From the NCBI GenBank assembly GCA_001275005.1, contig JWZX01002605.1, positions 1 through 62,587 of the forward strand: a stretch of 62,587 nucleotides of DNA. The letters run 5' to 3'. The notes under the pieces are model-generated. The model was not told the DNA's origin. It ran no database searches and saw only the letters and a list, made by a program, of their open reading frames with translations. A program made the position numbers and the translations under genes. Source of the DNA: Chrysochromulina tobinii (taxonomy: Eukaryota). Of the stretch, positions 43,201-55,200 are shown piece after piece. How positions within the stretch are numbered: the stretch's first letter is position 1; each line of letters opens with the position of its first letter.

Positions 43201-46200
43201 CGGTGATGATGCTACCGGCCGGAGGGTGCGCCGGGCCCCCGGTTGGGATGATGTCGGTCAGCGTGGGCAGAGGGTAGTAGATGAAGCCAAATGCTTCCTG
43301 CGCTGCCTCCGCGGCGGTCGTCTCGGTGGCTCCAAGAGTCGTTGGCATTTGGACACGTGCAAAGTCCTCTCCGTTGAGGGAGATGAAGAGAGGGACAGCA
43401 GTGACCTCGGAGGCGGCGATGGAGGAGGCCGTGAGATTGTTGACGAGCGGCGGCACGGCCGTCTCCGCCCACCCCGCGCCTTCTGCCGCGTCCACTTCCG
43501 TCTCGCCATCTGCCTGAGAGGCGAGCAGCACAGCCCGCCCTCCCACTACCACCCGTGTGCGAACCTGTGAAGGCAGAACCCTCGAGCCAGCAGACATGGC
43601 GGTGTCCGTGGCGGAGGCTGCGCTGGTCGAGTCAGCCGCTAAAGGCCGGTCCAGCCGGCACGCTGTGCCGGTCGAGTCGAGCGGGTCGCACGTGTTGGGT
43701 GCGCTGCACGTCACACTCCCGTCCGCGCGCGCACTAGCTCTTACGACCAGCCGCCCGAAGCGACAGAGCGTCGTCTCGAGCTGCCCGAACGAAGCCAACC
43801 CTCGTCCTTGCACGACCACCGTCGTGCCGCCGTGCGCAGGCCCTCCCCGAGGGGAGACGCCATGGAAGGCAATCGAGTAATACTGGAACGTGAGGGCGGT
43901 GCCCTCCGGGCCGGTGGCATCCAAGGCGGTGGCACGAGCTCCCGTTGAGACTTGATCCGTAGAAATGGTGTCCATGGTGGCAATGGTGGTGCCCGCCGTC
44001 GCAAAGGGCAAGTAGTCCACCCCATTCAGCGTCACATCAACGGTCGCATGGCTCGAGAAGCCCTCAGGAGCGGACGGCACAACGCACTTGAGCACGCGAG
44101 AGCTCCGGAAGATGACGGGAGTTGATGCCGTCCACGCTGCTGGCCATGGCGCACCCAAATCGTCGGACCCCCCGGACAAGTAGCCTGCCGCGCCCCGGCC
44201 GGCGAGCGCCGGCGAATGAGAGGGCGGCGGGGCGTAGCGGAAGCGACAGAGCTCATTGCCAGTCTCTCTGGAAGCGGAGGAGGCCATGGTTGCGTTGGGC
44301 ACGGAGTCGAAGCCCTCGCCTCGCAGCGTGAGCAACGTCCCTCCACCTGTTGGCCCACCCGTTGGATGCAGCTCCGCCAGAGAATAGTGAAAGTAGCGGA
44401 GGGTGCCCACAGGATGGTAGTCCTGATCGTTGAGAGTGAGAGACACGTCAACGGTCGGCGGCACAGGGGAAGCGGTTGAGGCGATCTCCGCCGCAACGGC
44501 GGAGATGGCGGCTTCTTCGACGCGTCCGGAGGAGGTAGAAGAGGCTCCGACGCCGCTGGCCACGTACAGGTCATCGGACCCCGCTGCCACCCTCGCCCAG
44601 ACCACCGCCGCTGCCGGTACACGGCACAGCATCCGTGCCGGTCCCTTGCGCATAGGGCGTACCGTCCGAGTGCCAAAGCGGCAGCGGCTCGTCATCAGAT
44701 CTCCAAAGGTCCCCAGATTGGTAGCGTCGATGGTCAGAACGGTGCCTCCCGTCGCCATGGCGAGCTGCGGAGAGAGGGCCTGGACGATCGGGGACGGATA
44801 GTATGTGAAGTTGACTGCCGAGACAGCGTCGCCGGAGCTGAGCTCGGCGGGAGCGCCGTCCCGGCCGTTGAACGTCAACTGCACGGCAACCGAAACGTTC
44901 CCATCCATGCATTCCCCACAATCTGAGCAGTCAGTGTGCGCCGCGCAGAACGGCGGCACGTCGCATAGCCCATCCATGGACCAGAAGCAGCTATTATCGG
45001 CAGCAGAGCTGTCCGCAGCTGCCCTCGCCATCAGCCTCGCGGCCGTTGGGAGCTCAGGAGTGATGCAGACGAGCCGCGTCGCATTCTGCACCACAAGGGG
45101 CGCCACTTGCTCGCCCAGCATGCATCTCTGCGTCTCGACGTACCCAGCCAGCTGGACGGCATCCACGGCCTCCCAGCCCTCCAGTGCTGTGGAGATGCGC
45201 AAGCCGAGGACGAGGGGGGACGACGTCGAGTCAACGTACCCTTCGACCACGGCGCTGCATCCCAGTCGCGCCGCGCCGGCACAGCTGCATGGCTTGACGC
45301 TGCCACTCGAGTTGAAGGGGGCCGGTATGCGCTCGCCTCTCAGCCCGATGAGCTCCACTGTCATCACTGCCGCCGGGTCGGTAGCGAGCAGCACGCGCCA
45401 TCTCCATGGGCGCACCGGCCGCGCGAAGCTCACCTGGAGCCAGTCGGGAAGGTCGGTCCCGAGGGCCGGCATCCAAGCCAACGGCTCAAGCCGCTCTCGC
45501 ATGCATCCTGTGGCATCTGGAGGGCCGGCAGCCCGGCTCGCGGAGCCATAGGCGTCGCTGTACTCGGAGCGTGCGGTGGCCGCGGCGGCCCATTGCTCGA
45601 GGTAGGTGTCCTCCTGAGCTACTGGCCGAAACCCCTCACCGCTGATCGTGATGATTGTGCCGCCGCCCATGGGCCCTCCACTGGGCATCACCCGTTGCAC
45701 TACGGGTGCTGCCCATCGATCAAAAGGTAGTTCTCCTTGGAAGTCAATGCCGTTGAGAGCGAATTGAACCAAGTAGCGACCGACGAGGGTGGTCGAAGGG
45801 AGTGTGAAGACGAGATGGGTGGCGTCCAGGGACTGGAAAGGCTGTGCTGCGCTCCACTGCTCGCCTGAACCAGCTGCTGAGGGAGCCGAGAGGGCAGCGG
45901 CAGCGCTCGACAGTTGCCCGTCGGCCTGAGTTCCCGCCGTCAACGACGTCGGGACGAGGCTCAGGCGCCAACGAGGTTCCAGTGGAACGCCCCCATTGTC
46001 CAGTCCCAGCCCTCCGAGCGAATCAAAGCCGCGCCCATGCACCGTCACCAACTGCCCGCCGTGAAGGCCGCCGCATGTGGGTGCGATGGAGTCGAGCGCT
46101 GCGGCGTAGAAGGTGAAGATAACGGCACTAGAATTGGAGGTGACATTGGCCACGTCTGCTGAGGCCGCCGCCGCGCTGTGATAATCTTGCCCATTGAGCG

Positions 46201-49200
46201 CGATGGCAAAGGCGGCGCGCCCCACCGGATGGGTCATGGGCCCGCGCCGCCGCGGAGGGGTGGTGCACAGCACGTACGTGTCGTTCTGGAAGTACGCCGG
46301 TGTGAAGGTGTCAGCTCCAAAGCGGCATGTGGCAGTGTGAAGCCCGACCAGTCCGGCAAACCCCGTGCCGCTTACTGTCACGTTGGTACCGCCCAGCACG
46401 GGGCCGGCCGTTGGCCATAGCCTCGAGAGAACGGGTGGGGTGTAGTAGCGATACGTGATGGCTTGATAGGTCACGTGAGGGTCGTCGCCCACGCCGCCAA
46501 ACCACAGCGTGCCGTCCATGCTCGCTTGCAACTCGACGGTTTGGTTGAAGGCGACGGGGGGCGTGCGACCGTAGAGGGCGGCGTCGGTGGCGTGATCCAG
46601 ATGAGCGCCGTCATCACGAGGATCGTCACGCATGTAACCGACGATCTCGAAGCGGCTCAGATTGCTCGGCGGATACGGCGACGTGGCCGAGGCGCTAATG
46701 GTGGTCGTGTTGCCGCGGCCGGTGCTGCTGCTGCTCAGAGCGACGGCGGCGAGCCGCTCCTGTGCACGCAGCATGTCAGAGCTGCCCAGACGCCCGCGGT
46801 CCGATCCAAGGCGCTGAAAGTCCAGGGCCGTGTTCCCACTCTGCGCCTCCTCCTCTGCCTCCGCTTCGAAGTCCTGCTCCAATCTCCTGCCTCCGGTCGT
46901 CTCGACTGCCTCCGGTCTCCGGGAGTCGCCGCAGTAACTGACGCACGTTGGATCGCCCGGTGGGCGTGGAAGCCGATACGTGTACAAGGTGGAGGCGCCG
47001 TTGTCGAAGCTGCAAGCGCAACTGAGCACCTGCGTCCTCCACAAGCAATCGGACCAGCTAAAGGCGAAGCAGACCGTCGACAGTTGCGGAGCTGCACCTG
47101 CGGCCGGGTGGGCATCGAGTAACCATCCCGCGGCCTCGCTGCCACAGCGCTCACCAGCGCGAGGAGCCGTGTTGAGCAGGCGCTTGCCGGCGGCACCGGT
47201 GAAGCGATACCAGGTGGCATTGTCCAAGCTGCCGTGCAGGCTGATGGGCGAGCGCGCCGCGGCAGAGGATGACGACGACGAGGCGGCGCCATTGTCGCAC
47301 ACAGCCGTGGAGCTGGCCGCGGCGCTGCTGGGCCCGATGGCCGCCTCGGCAGTGGCAGACTCGTTGGTCAGCCGTCTCCAGCCCTCGTTGAGCTCTGTCA
47401 CCTGCTTAACCGACCGAGGGCACTCGGCATGGCAGAGCGGCAGCATGGCGATCCCCAAGCCCACCTCCTCCTTGGCGAGCCAGGCGCCCTTGGGTACGTA
47501 TCGGACCTCACGCATGGCGCCCAGCCCGATCCCGTGGAGCGTGATCGACGAGTTGCCCACGGTGGGCCCGCCGAGAGGCGAGACGCTCTGAAGCGTCGGC
47601 GGGAGGTCCTTGAGATGGGCCGACTCCGGCAGGCTACTTGTCCGCAGTGCCATCGCGAGCTGCGAAGCCTCTTCGTCGTTGTCCGCAGAGCCCCTCGCGA
47701 GCAACGCTCTTCGGCGGGTGGCGCCTGCAACGTCATCCCAGTAATTGCCAGCCGTCGCGTTCCCCATATTGTACGCGTCGTAGCGCGGCTCAGCGGGTGG
47801 GGGAGGCGGGGGTGGCACCGCCTCGAGTACAGCTTCGCCCTCGAGGCCGAGCGCCGCGTCAAGCGGCTCATACGACAGCTGCCAGAGCTGCCGTGCGCTC
47901 TCGCCCGATACGGCGCTCATGAGCACCCGTCGCCGGCCCGAGTCAGCCCACAAGAGCGCCGCGGCATTCCAGGAGGTGCTCGCGCCTAAGGCGAGATCGG
48001 AATCTCCTTGGGCGAGATCGGAATCTCCTTGGGCGAGATCGGAGGCTTCGAGGCTCGCCCCAGCCGTCGCGCCGCTCGCGCCGCTGACGCTGGCGGCGTT
48101 CACGGTGGAGCCTTCGCTGGCCTGCGGCGCCGTGGCCGTAGAGAAGGCGCTGTGGCGGGCGGCGGCAGAGTCGTAACCAACAACCCCTTCGGAAGCGCCC
48201 CGATCGGCGGCAACGGCGCCGGCTCGAAGCTCCGGTAGGTACCTGCTGCCTGCATGGTCGAGCGAGAACCCAGCGGGGACTGCCGCCGCCCCGGATGCCA
48301 TACCCACGTCTCCCTGCACGATCACGATGCACTCAGAGCCATCCAGCCCGCACCGGTAAATGGCGCGGGAGGCGGCGACGCTATAGAAGAGGTGCGGACC
48401 GAAGGTCGTCAGCGCGGAGGGGGCGATGCCCCGCTGGATGGTGAGCACGGAGACGCGGAGGGGGGTGGCGTCGGTCGCGTGCGCCTTCTCCTCGGCGACC
48501 ATGAGCAGCGACGCATTGCCAGGCTGGCTGACGGACACGTACGCGGCGTGCACCAGACCGTCGGCGCTCACGACGGCGCCAACAGCACGTGAACCACGCG
48601 GCAGTGAGGACAGCACCACCTCGCGCCCGCGCCCGTCGAGGAAGCTTCGCTCGATCTTACAGCCGCCGCCCGGCGCGATCGCCGTCCAGTACAGCCGCGC
48701 CGTAGGCCGATGCAGAAAGAGGCTGTCCGCCTGCGCGCCCACCGGTATGCCCTCGAGCCACACGGCGTTCGCGAGAGCGTCGGCCGCCTCCTCGGGCTGC
48801 GTGGTCACGCGGCCGCCAGCGATCCTGGCGCCGGGGGCGTCTGCAAACCGGTAGCGCCGCAGCAGACCCGAACGCAGCACGTACACGCGCTTGTCGAGCG
48901 TATCCATTGCCAAATGCGAGCGCCCATCGATGGGCAGGGCGCGAAGCACCGTCATCTCCGCCTCCCAGGCCGCGAGCGCCTCCGCCGCCGCCTCGTACTT
49001 AACGCGCGCAGTGCGCTCGCGCGCCGCCGCACGTGCGGCCGTCGCCTGCGCCTGCACAATCTCCCACGATCTCGAGGCGCGGTCGGCGAGCGTCGCCTCG
49101 AGCGCGGCCGCAGCGGCCCGGCGTGCCGGCTCGGCGCCTTGGGTGAGCTCCTCGAGCATCGCCTCGCGCCGCGCGACGAGACGAGTCTGCAAGTCGGAGA

Positions 49201-52200
49201 GGTCGCGCGCCCGCTGCACCACCGCCCCACCAGCACATGCGTGCCCCGCGCCGGCACTCGCAGTCGCGGGACCACCCGCCGTGTGGTGGCATCCCCACAC
49301 GTGCACCAAGAACTCGTTGCGGTACTGAAAGAGCACCGGCGGCGTGAAGCCCGTGTAATCGATCCCATTCAGCGCGACAGCCAGCTCGACGGAGCCCATG
49401 CACTCGGAGCGCATGCAGCGCGGGGCACGGCAGCGCATCTCAAGGTGTGAACGGTCGGGGCGCAGCGGGTCCGCACTTGGCACCAAGACGAGACGAGCTG
49501 GCGAGTTGCCCGCGAGCCCAAAGCGGCAGCGCAGCAGGCTGCCCTCGTCGGCGTCGGGCGCTTGGGATGGCGGCGCCGCCGATTCGTTGAAGCTCGATGC
49601 GCCGTCCTCGTTCGTGGGAGCAGCGGCTGCCTCTGCGAACATTTGGGCAGCTTCGACGAGATCTGGCGCCAAAATGGCGACCTCCACCTCCTCCTCGGTC
49701 CCTCCGAAAAGCGGCGAGATGGTCGCGTTGGCCGGCGCGGGATAGTACGAGAAAGCGCCGAGATGGGCGGCGTCCACAAAGGTCAGCCCGTCGAGGGCGA
49801 GAGAGACGGTGCGCGCCTCGCCCGGCTGCCACGTTGAAGGCATCGGCGGCACGTCGCACGAGATCGCGCGGCCGTAGGGATCGATCCACGAGACGGATGT
49901 GAGCACGTTGCCGAGGCGGCAGCGCGCGACCGTGGCGTCGGCGAGGCACGCGTGTAGCCCGTGGCCGCGGAGCGTCAGCGTCGCTCCGGTCGAGGGGCCA
50001 CGAAGAGTGCGAGCCGCCGTGAGCTGTGGCTGGCGGAAGTAGACGATCGGCACGGAGGTGTTCTCAAAGGTCATGCCGTCGAACGAGAGGCGTAACGAGA
50101 TTCGCTCGTTTGGGGTTCGGCTCGAGAGCAGCCGCATCGCGCTCGCGTTCGGCAGCGGTGGCACTTGGCATCGGAGTCCGGCCGAATTGTGCCGCAAGGC
50201 GCGCGAGATGCCCCTGTCGAGCGGCATACCGTCTACGAGGAACTGACACATCACCACCGAGGCGAGGTCGTCGCCGAGCAGATCGATGCTTGTGCCACCC
50301 TCGAGTGACACGCCCGGTGGACGGGAATTCACTCCGTACGCGGCCGAGATGCTGAGACCAAGGCCGCACCCGTGCCCGCTCACCCCGCAGCCGCCGCCCG
50401 CGAACATGGACGTGCCCAAGCGCAAGGGCGGCTGATAGCGGCCGTACTCTAGCGCGTCAGGGCCCAGGGCCGCCATCGCACTGATGTTCGGATCCGCGGC
50501 GGAGCATGAGCCGATGCGGAGCGCCAGTCCGCCGAGCCACCGAGTACGCTGCTGCGGCGGTGCGATCGGTGTGCCGTCGTGAACGTACGGAGGCAGAGGG
50601 CACTGCCGTACGACGAGACTCGGCGCTCCGCCGATGGGCATCGAGCGATAGCCCTGTGTGCCGTTGAGATAGCCCTCGGTGATGGTTGCTCCCTCAGCGA
50701 CCGCGGCCGCAGCCACGGCGGCCTCCTCGGAGAGCTGCAGCTGCCGAACCAGCCGCCCACGCTCCCGCTCCTGAAGCAGTCTCGCCACGTGGCCTCCTCC
50801 CTGATTCGATCGTAACTGCTCCATCATGGTGGTCTCCGCCGCATCCCTCTCAACTGCACGTGCCATGACCTCGGCGGCCTCCAACCCCTCTGCGACGGTG
50901 CCCCGCTGCAGGAAGAGCACACGGTCCATGCCCAAGTCGAGCATCGGCCCAAAGGGCTCGCCCTCGACGAGCTTCGGATGTGCGCCGAGTGCCAGCGCGG
51001 CCGTTGAGTATGCTGAGGAGCCTCGGGCGGTGCGGATGCCGCGCCATCCCGCCAATGATGATGGATGTAACCCGACGACCGGCGGCTGCGCTTGGCCTGT
51101 ACCGGGCGGCCTCGGCCACGCAAGGGTCACGCCAATGATGGGCGGGTCGGAGTAGGCTGGCGTCCCTGGTGCTTGACTGGAGTCGATCATGGTCAGGACA
51201 AACGCGCGGCAGTACATCTTGTCGAGGTCGGTGGCAGTCGGGTTGAGACAGTCAGTCCATTCGCCACTGTAATCCTTGCCCAGCGGCGTGGAGAAGCTGA
51301 AGATCGCATCCACCTCGGGTTTGGTCAGCAGCTTGCCTCCTTCGCTCGTATGAACGTCGAACGTGAGATGAAACTGGTCGCCGTCGCCAAATTCTACGTC
51401 GCCATTCATCGGGTCTGCCGGCACAAAACCGACGAGGCGCGGCGCCTCGGAGGTACCGAATGTGCCGCTGAGCGTCAGGTTGGTCTGGACGGCGTACGCC
51501 TCTGGAGGTGAGGGTCCAGAGGGACCACCGCCCGAGGGGATTGTGGCGAGGCGTGCGAACTCCGATCGGATGACGCCCGGCTTCAAAGTGACTCTGGTGA
51601 TGCCCACGAGCAGGCGAAGCACGCCGCCCTCCGCCTCCGGCACGTCTCCGATCGTGCCGCCACCAGAGTCGCCCACCGTGAGCTGATAGGTGGACATGTC
51701 GAGCCAGCCGCGACCCGTGTCGGGCGCCAGCGGCGGATCGAAGTCGAAAAAGTCGAAAACGTCGCCCGGCGGCCGATCCGTCGGCGCGTCGAAGAGGAGT
51801 TGCATGCGGTCACCCTGCGCGGGCCTGGCCCCGGCGCAGGCTGTGCTCACCTGATGGCAGAGGTAATCAGGTACTCAGAGGTACTCAGAGGTACTCAGAG
51901 GTACTCAGAAGTCATCGGCCCGCATCAGGCAGTGCTCACCGGACTCCCACCGTACACGGCCTGCATCGTCGGGGTCAGTGGAATCACCTCCGTTGGGCTC
52001 GTTGGGACAGGGCCGCAAGCATCCACGGCACGAAACGAGATCAGTTGCGGTGCGAGCCTACCGCCGAAGCGGCCGGAGACGGTCGCCTCGCGCGCGAAGG
52101 GGTCTTGCGATGCAAAGGCGTCGGCGCAGCGCACTTGCTGCGACCCCGGAGCGCAGACACTGCAGCACGTGGCGGTCGCGGCACGGTTGAGGAACATGCG

Positions 52201-55200
52201 CGACGTACGCACCCTGGTCAAGCCCACCGTCGGCCGGGTGGTTTGTGTATTGACCGCCGTGACGGCGAACGTGGACGTGTCCTCCCACTGGCCCGTGTAC
52301 TCGTTGCCCAGGTGGTGGTCAGTCTCGAAGATGCTGTCGATGTACGCCCTGCCGCCGGAGACGCCCCGACGACCGTCGTCGGTTGAACGATCGAAGACCA
52401 TGCGGATCACGTCTCCACCCGACCACGCCGTGTTGAAGTTGTCGTAGTCGGACACGGTCGCGCTCTCGAAGACGGGCGGGCCGGGCTTGCCAAAAAAGGT
52501 CTGGCCGAGCACAAGCTCGCGGTTGACCGGGTCCGACGCGCCAAAGGACGAGCGGATCTGGCTTTCCGGTTTGATCCGCATCTTGGAGGGGACGCCGAAG
52601 ACTTCGTGGGTCCAGCTCGGGTTGCCGCTCAGGATGGTGACCACTAACGTCATGTTGTCCGGTAAGAAGCGCGCCGTGTACAGGTCGCCGATAGACGGTG
52701 TGAAGGCCAGAAAGAAGTTTGCGTACGCCATGGTGCCCTCCTGGGGGGGCGGCGGGCGGGCGGTGAGTCCGCGACTCGTCTTTCGGTCGAAGAGGATTCT
52801 AATCGTGTCGCCCGCGCTCGGCACGCTGTCCGAGTTGTCGGGGTCGGTGCCCGAGTATGAGACGACCCTTGGCGCTTGCTGCCGTTCGCCCCAGTCGCCC
52901 GTGAGCGGCACGCGGTCGTCACACCGCGGGGACTGGCGACCGAGGGAGCGTACGTCGCCGAGGACGCGCACCCAGATCGAATCTCGTGTCATGTACTTGC
53001 CGTCCAAGCCCATGTACGCGTCCGAATTGATGACCGGCATGCGATTCCACAAGCGGCCGCGCGAGTCGGTACCGATGCGCGCCGTCCGGTCGAGGACAGT
53101 CATCACGAAGGTGGAATCGTCTGTCCAGTAGCCCTCGTAGTTACGTCCAAACGAGGGCACGCGAATCGCCGCCTCGTTGGGCGCGAAGTAGTCGAACTCG
53201 AAGAGCGCGTGGATGGCAGCGGCGTCGTAGCGCAGCCCGGTGGCGCCGGCTGTCCTTGGCCGAAACGGGTCATCATTCCCTCGGGAGCCCTGGCGCCCGA
53301 TGTAGGTGGGCATATTGAACTTGAACGTGAGAATGTCGCGGTCGGAGTAGATGAAATCCCCGTTGTCTGGATCGGAGCCGTTGACCCAGAGCAAGCGTGG
53401 CTTGGCATGCGTGCCGAGGCTGCCTCTGATGCGCAACGCCTGCGAGGCCGTGCGTGGGGCGACAAAGTCGAGCCGGTTCGCCGACCTGAGTGGGGCATTG
53501 TCCGCGAGCCAAAAGCGCGTCGTCGCATCGAACGTGTCGTTGATCTGCGGCGCGGGCAGGTACCCATCGCGCACGTGGACCCGGAAGGTGGAGGTGTCGA
53601 GCCACCGCCCGTCATACTCGATGCCCAGCGGCTCGGACACGCTCAACACCGAGTCCACGTACTCGCGAGGCTGCACCCCCCCTATCAAGTCCGTCGAGAT
53701 ATTCGTCGGTCGGTCGAAGAAGAGAGTCAGTGTGTCGCCGCTCCCAAACTCGAGGTCGCCCGCATCGGGATCGTCCCCAACGACCGCCGCGAGCAGTGGC
53801 GCCACGCGTGGGTCCTTTCCAAAATCGGAGCGCGGGGAGATGATGGGCGCCGTGGTGAGCACTTGCATGCACGGCAGGTCATCAGAGTGGCAATCAACGT
53901 ACCTTTCCAAAGTCGCCCGCGAGCCCCTCGGCCGTGACGACCACGTGCGCGGAGGTGTTGCCGCGCATCGACGGGTGGATGCGCCGCGGGTGGGAGAGCT
54001 GGTAGACAGGCAAGTCGCTCCTATACGAGTCAACGGTCGCGTTGAAGTCGGCGTAGGACGCGCGGAAGAGCAGATGGCCAGAGGCGGAGGTCCAGTAGAG
54101 CAGCGCATGGATCGGGTCGATGGCCAGGCCGGTGCAGAGCGCATCACGTACGAACTCGAGCACGGGGATGCGCGCTCGCAAGCCGCCCAGGAAGATGCGC
54201 CGTCGTGAGCGCTGGCACCAGAAGACAAGGTCGCGCCGCCAGTCAACGACGAGCCTCGAGTCCTCATCAAACCAGTCGGCAGGGTCGGCACCATCCTCGG
54301 GCAGAGCCCTCCCGTCGACCAGGTGCCGCCTCCCCAAAGTACCGTCCTCTCGCGGATCACTCTGATTGTAAAAGTGGATCGCGTCGTCCTGGGCTTGCCA
54401 CTGATGGCCCGGCGCCGGCGCGGGCGCCGACAGGTCGAGCAGCTGCGGCACGCGCGTGCCGTCGTAGAAGACGAGCAGCTGACGATCCCGGCTCGAGTCG
54501 AGGCCGAGCTTCCACAGGGAGGTCTCCCCCTGCGACTCGTTGCCGAACTTGAGCACGCGCACGTTCGTCGCGACATACGAGCGGGGAAGCCGGCGCGCTC
54601 GGCCGTTGGCCACTCGGTCCGCCGGGGCTGAGATAAGGGATCGATGTGCCGCGGCTGTCTGTGCCGTGGCAGCTTCGCTCTGGGCCACCGCGGCGGCGGC
54701 GTACTCGCTGTACGTCTTCGTAGGATCCAACGGCGGCGGATCCACCAATCCCACCAGAGTGGCCGTGAGCAGGTGGCCCTCTTGGGTGGACCAAAAGACC
54801 TCTGAGGTATGCGCCCGGAGCAGCGCGGCGGTGACGCGTTGCGTGCCCACTTGCGCGTGAGTCGGCAGCAAGGCCTCGTAGGCTATCCTCTCGGCGGTCA
54901 CGTTGGGCAGCCCGATCGTCATGTTGATTTCTACGCCGTTCCTCAGGTACACGAGCCTGGTGCCGTTGGCGTCGGTGATGTTGGTCGCATTGGGCTCCAT
55001 AGGGTAGTTGCGCATGGCCTCGGCGAGCTCACGGCGGAAGCGCGCCGCCGCGTACTCGTGCACGGCCGAGCGGGCTAGCAGCGCGAGGGGCAGCTGGCTG
55101 ATCGTGGAGAGGCGCCAGGTGGCGTTCGCGTCCGCGACCGCGTCGCCGTCCTCCGTGGGCACCCAGTGCATCAGCCGAGCCCCATTCGCGTCCCAAAAAA

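Noticed and set aside
47990..48045. 21-bp tandem repeat (SDLAQGD) and 12-bp repeats at ~17420-17480
   Set aside because: In-frame coding slippage duplications in linkers; no splice signals or mobile-element features.
53903..54576. N-terminal part of the 883-aa ORF, and 57374-57718 of the 1,274-aa ORF
   Set aside because: Alternate frame of exon 1 of the giant gene, and overlap with the SND3 3' end, respectively; the splice model explains both.
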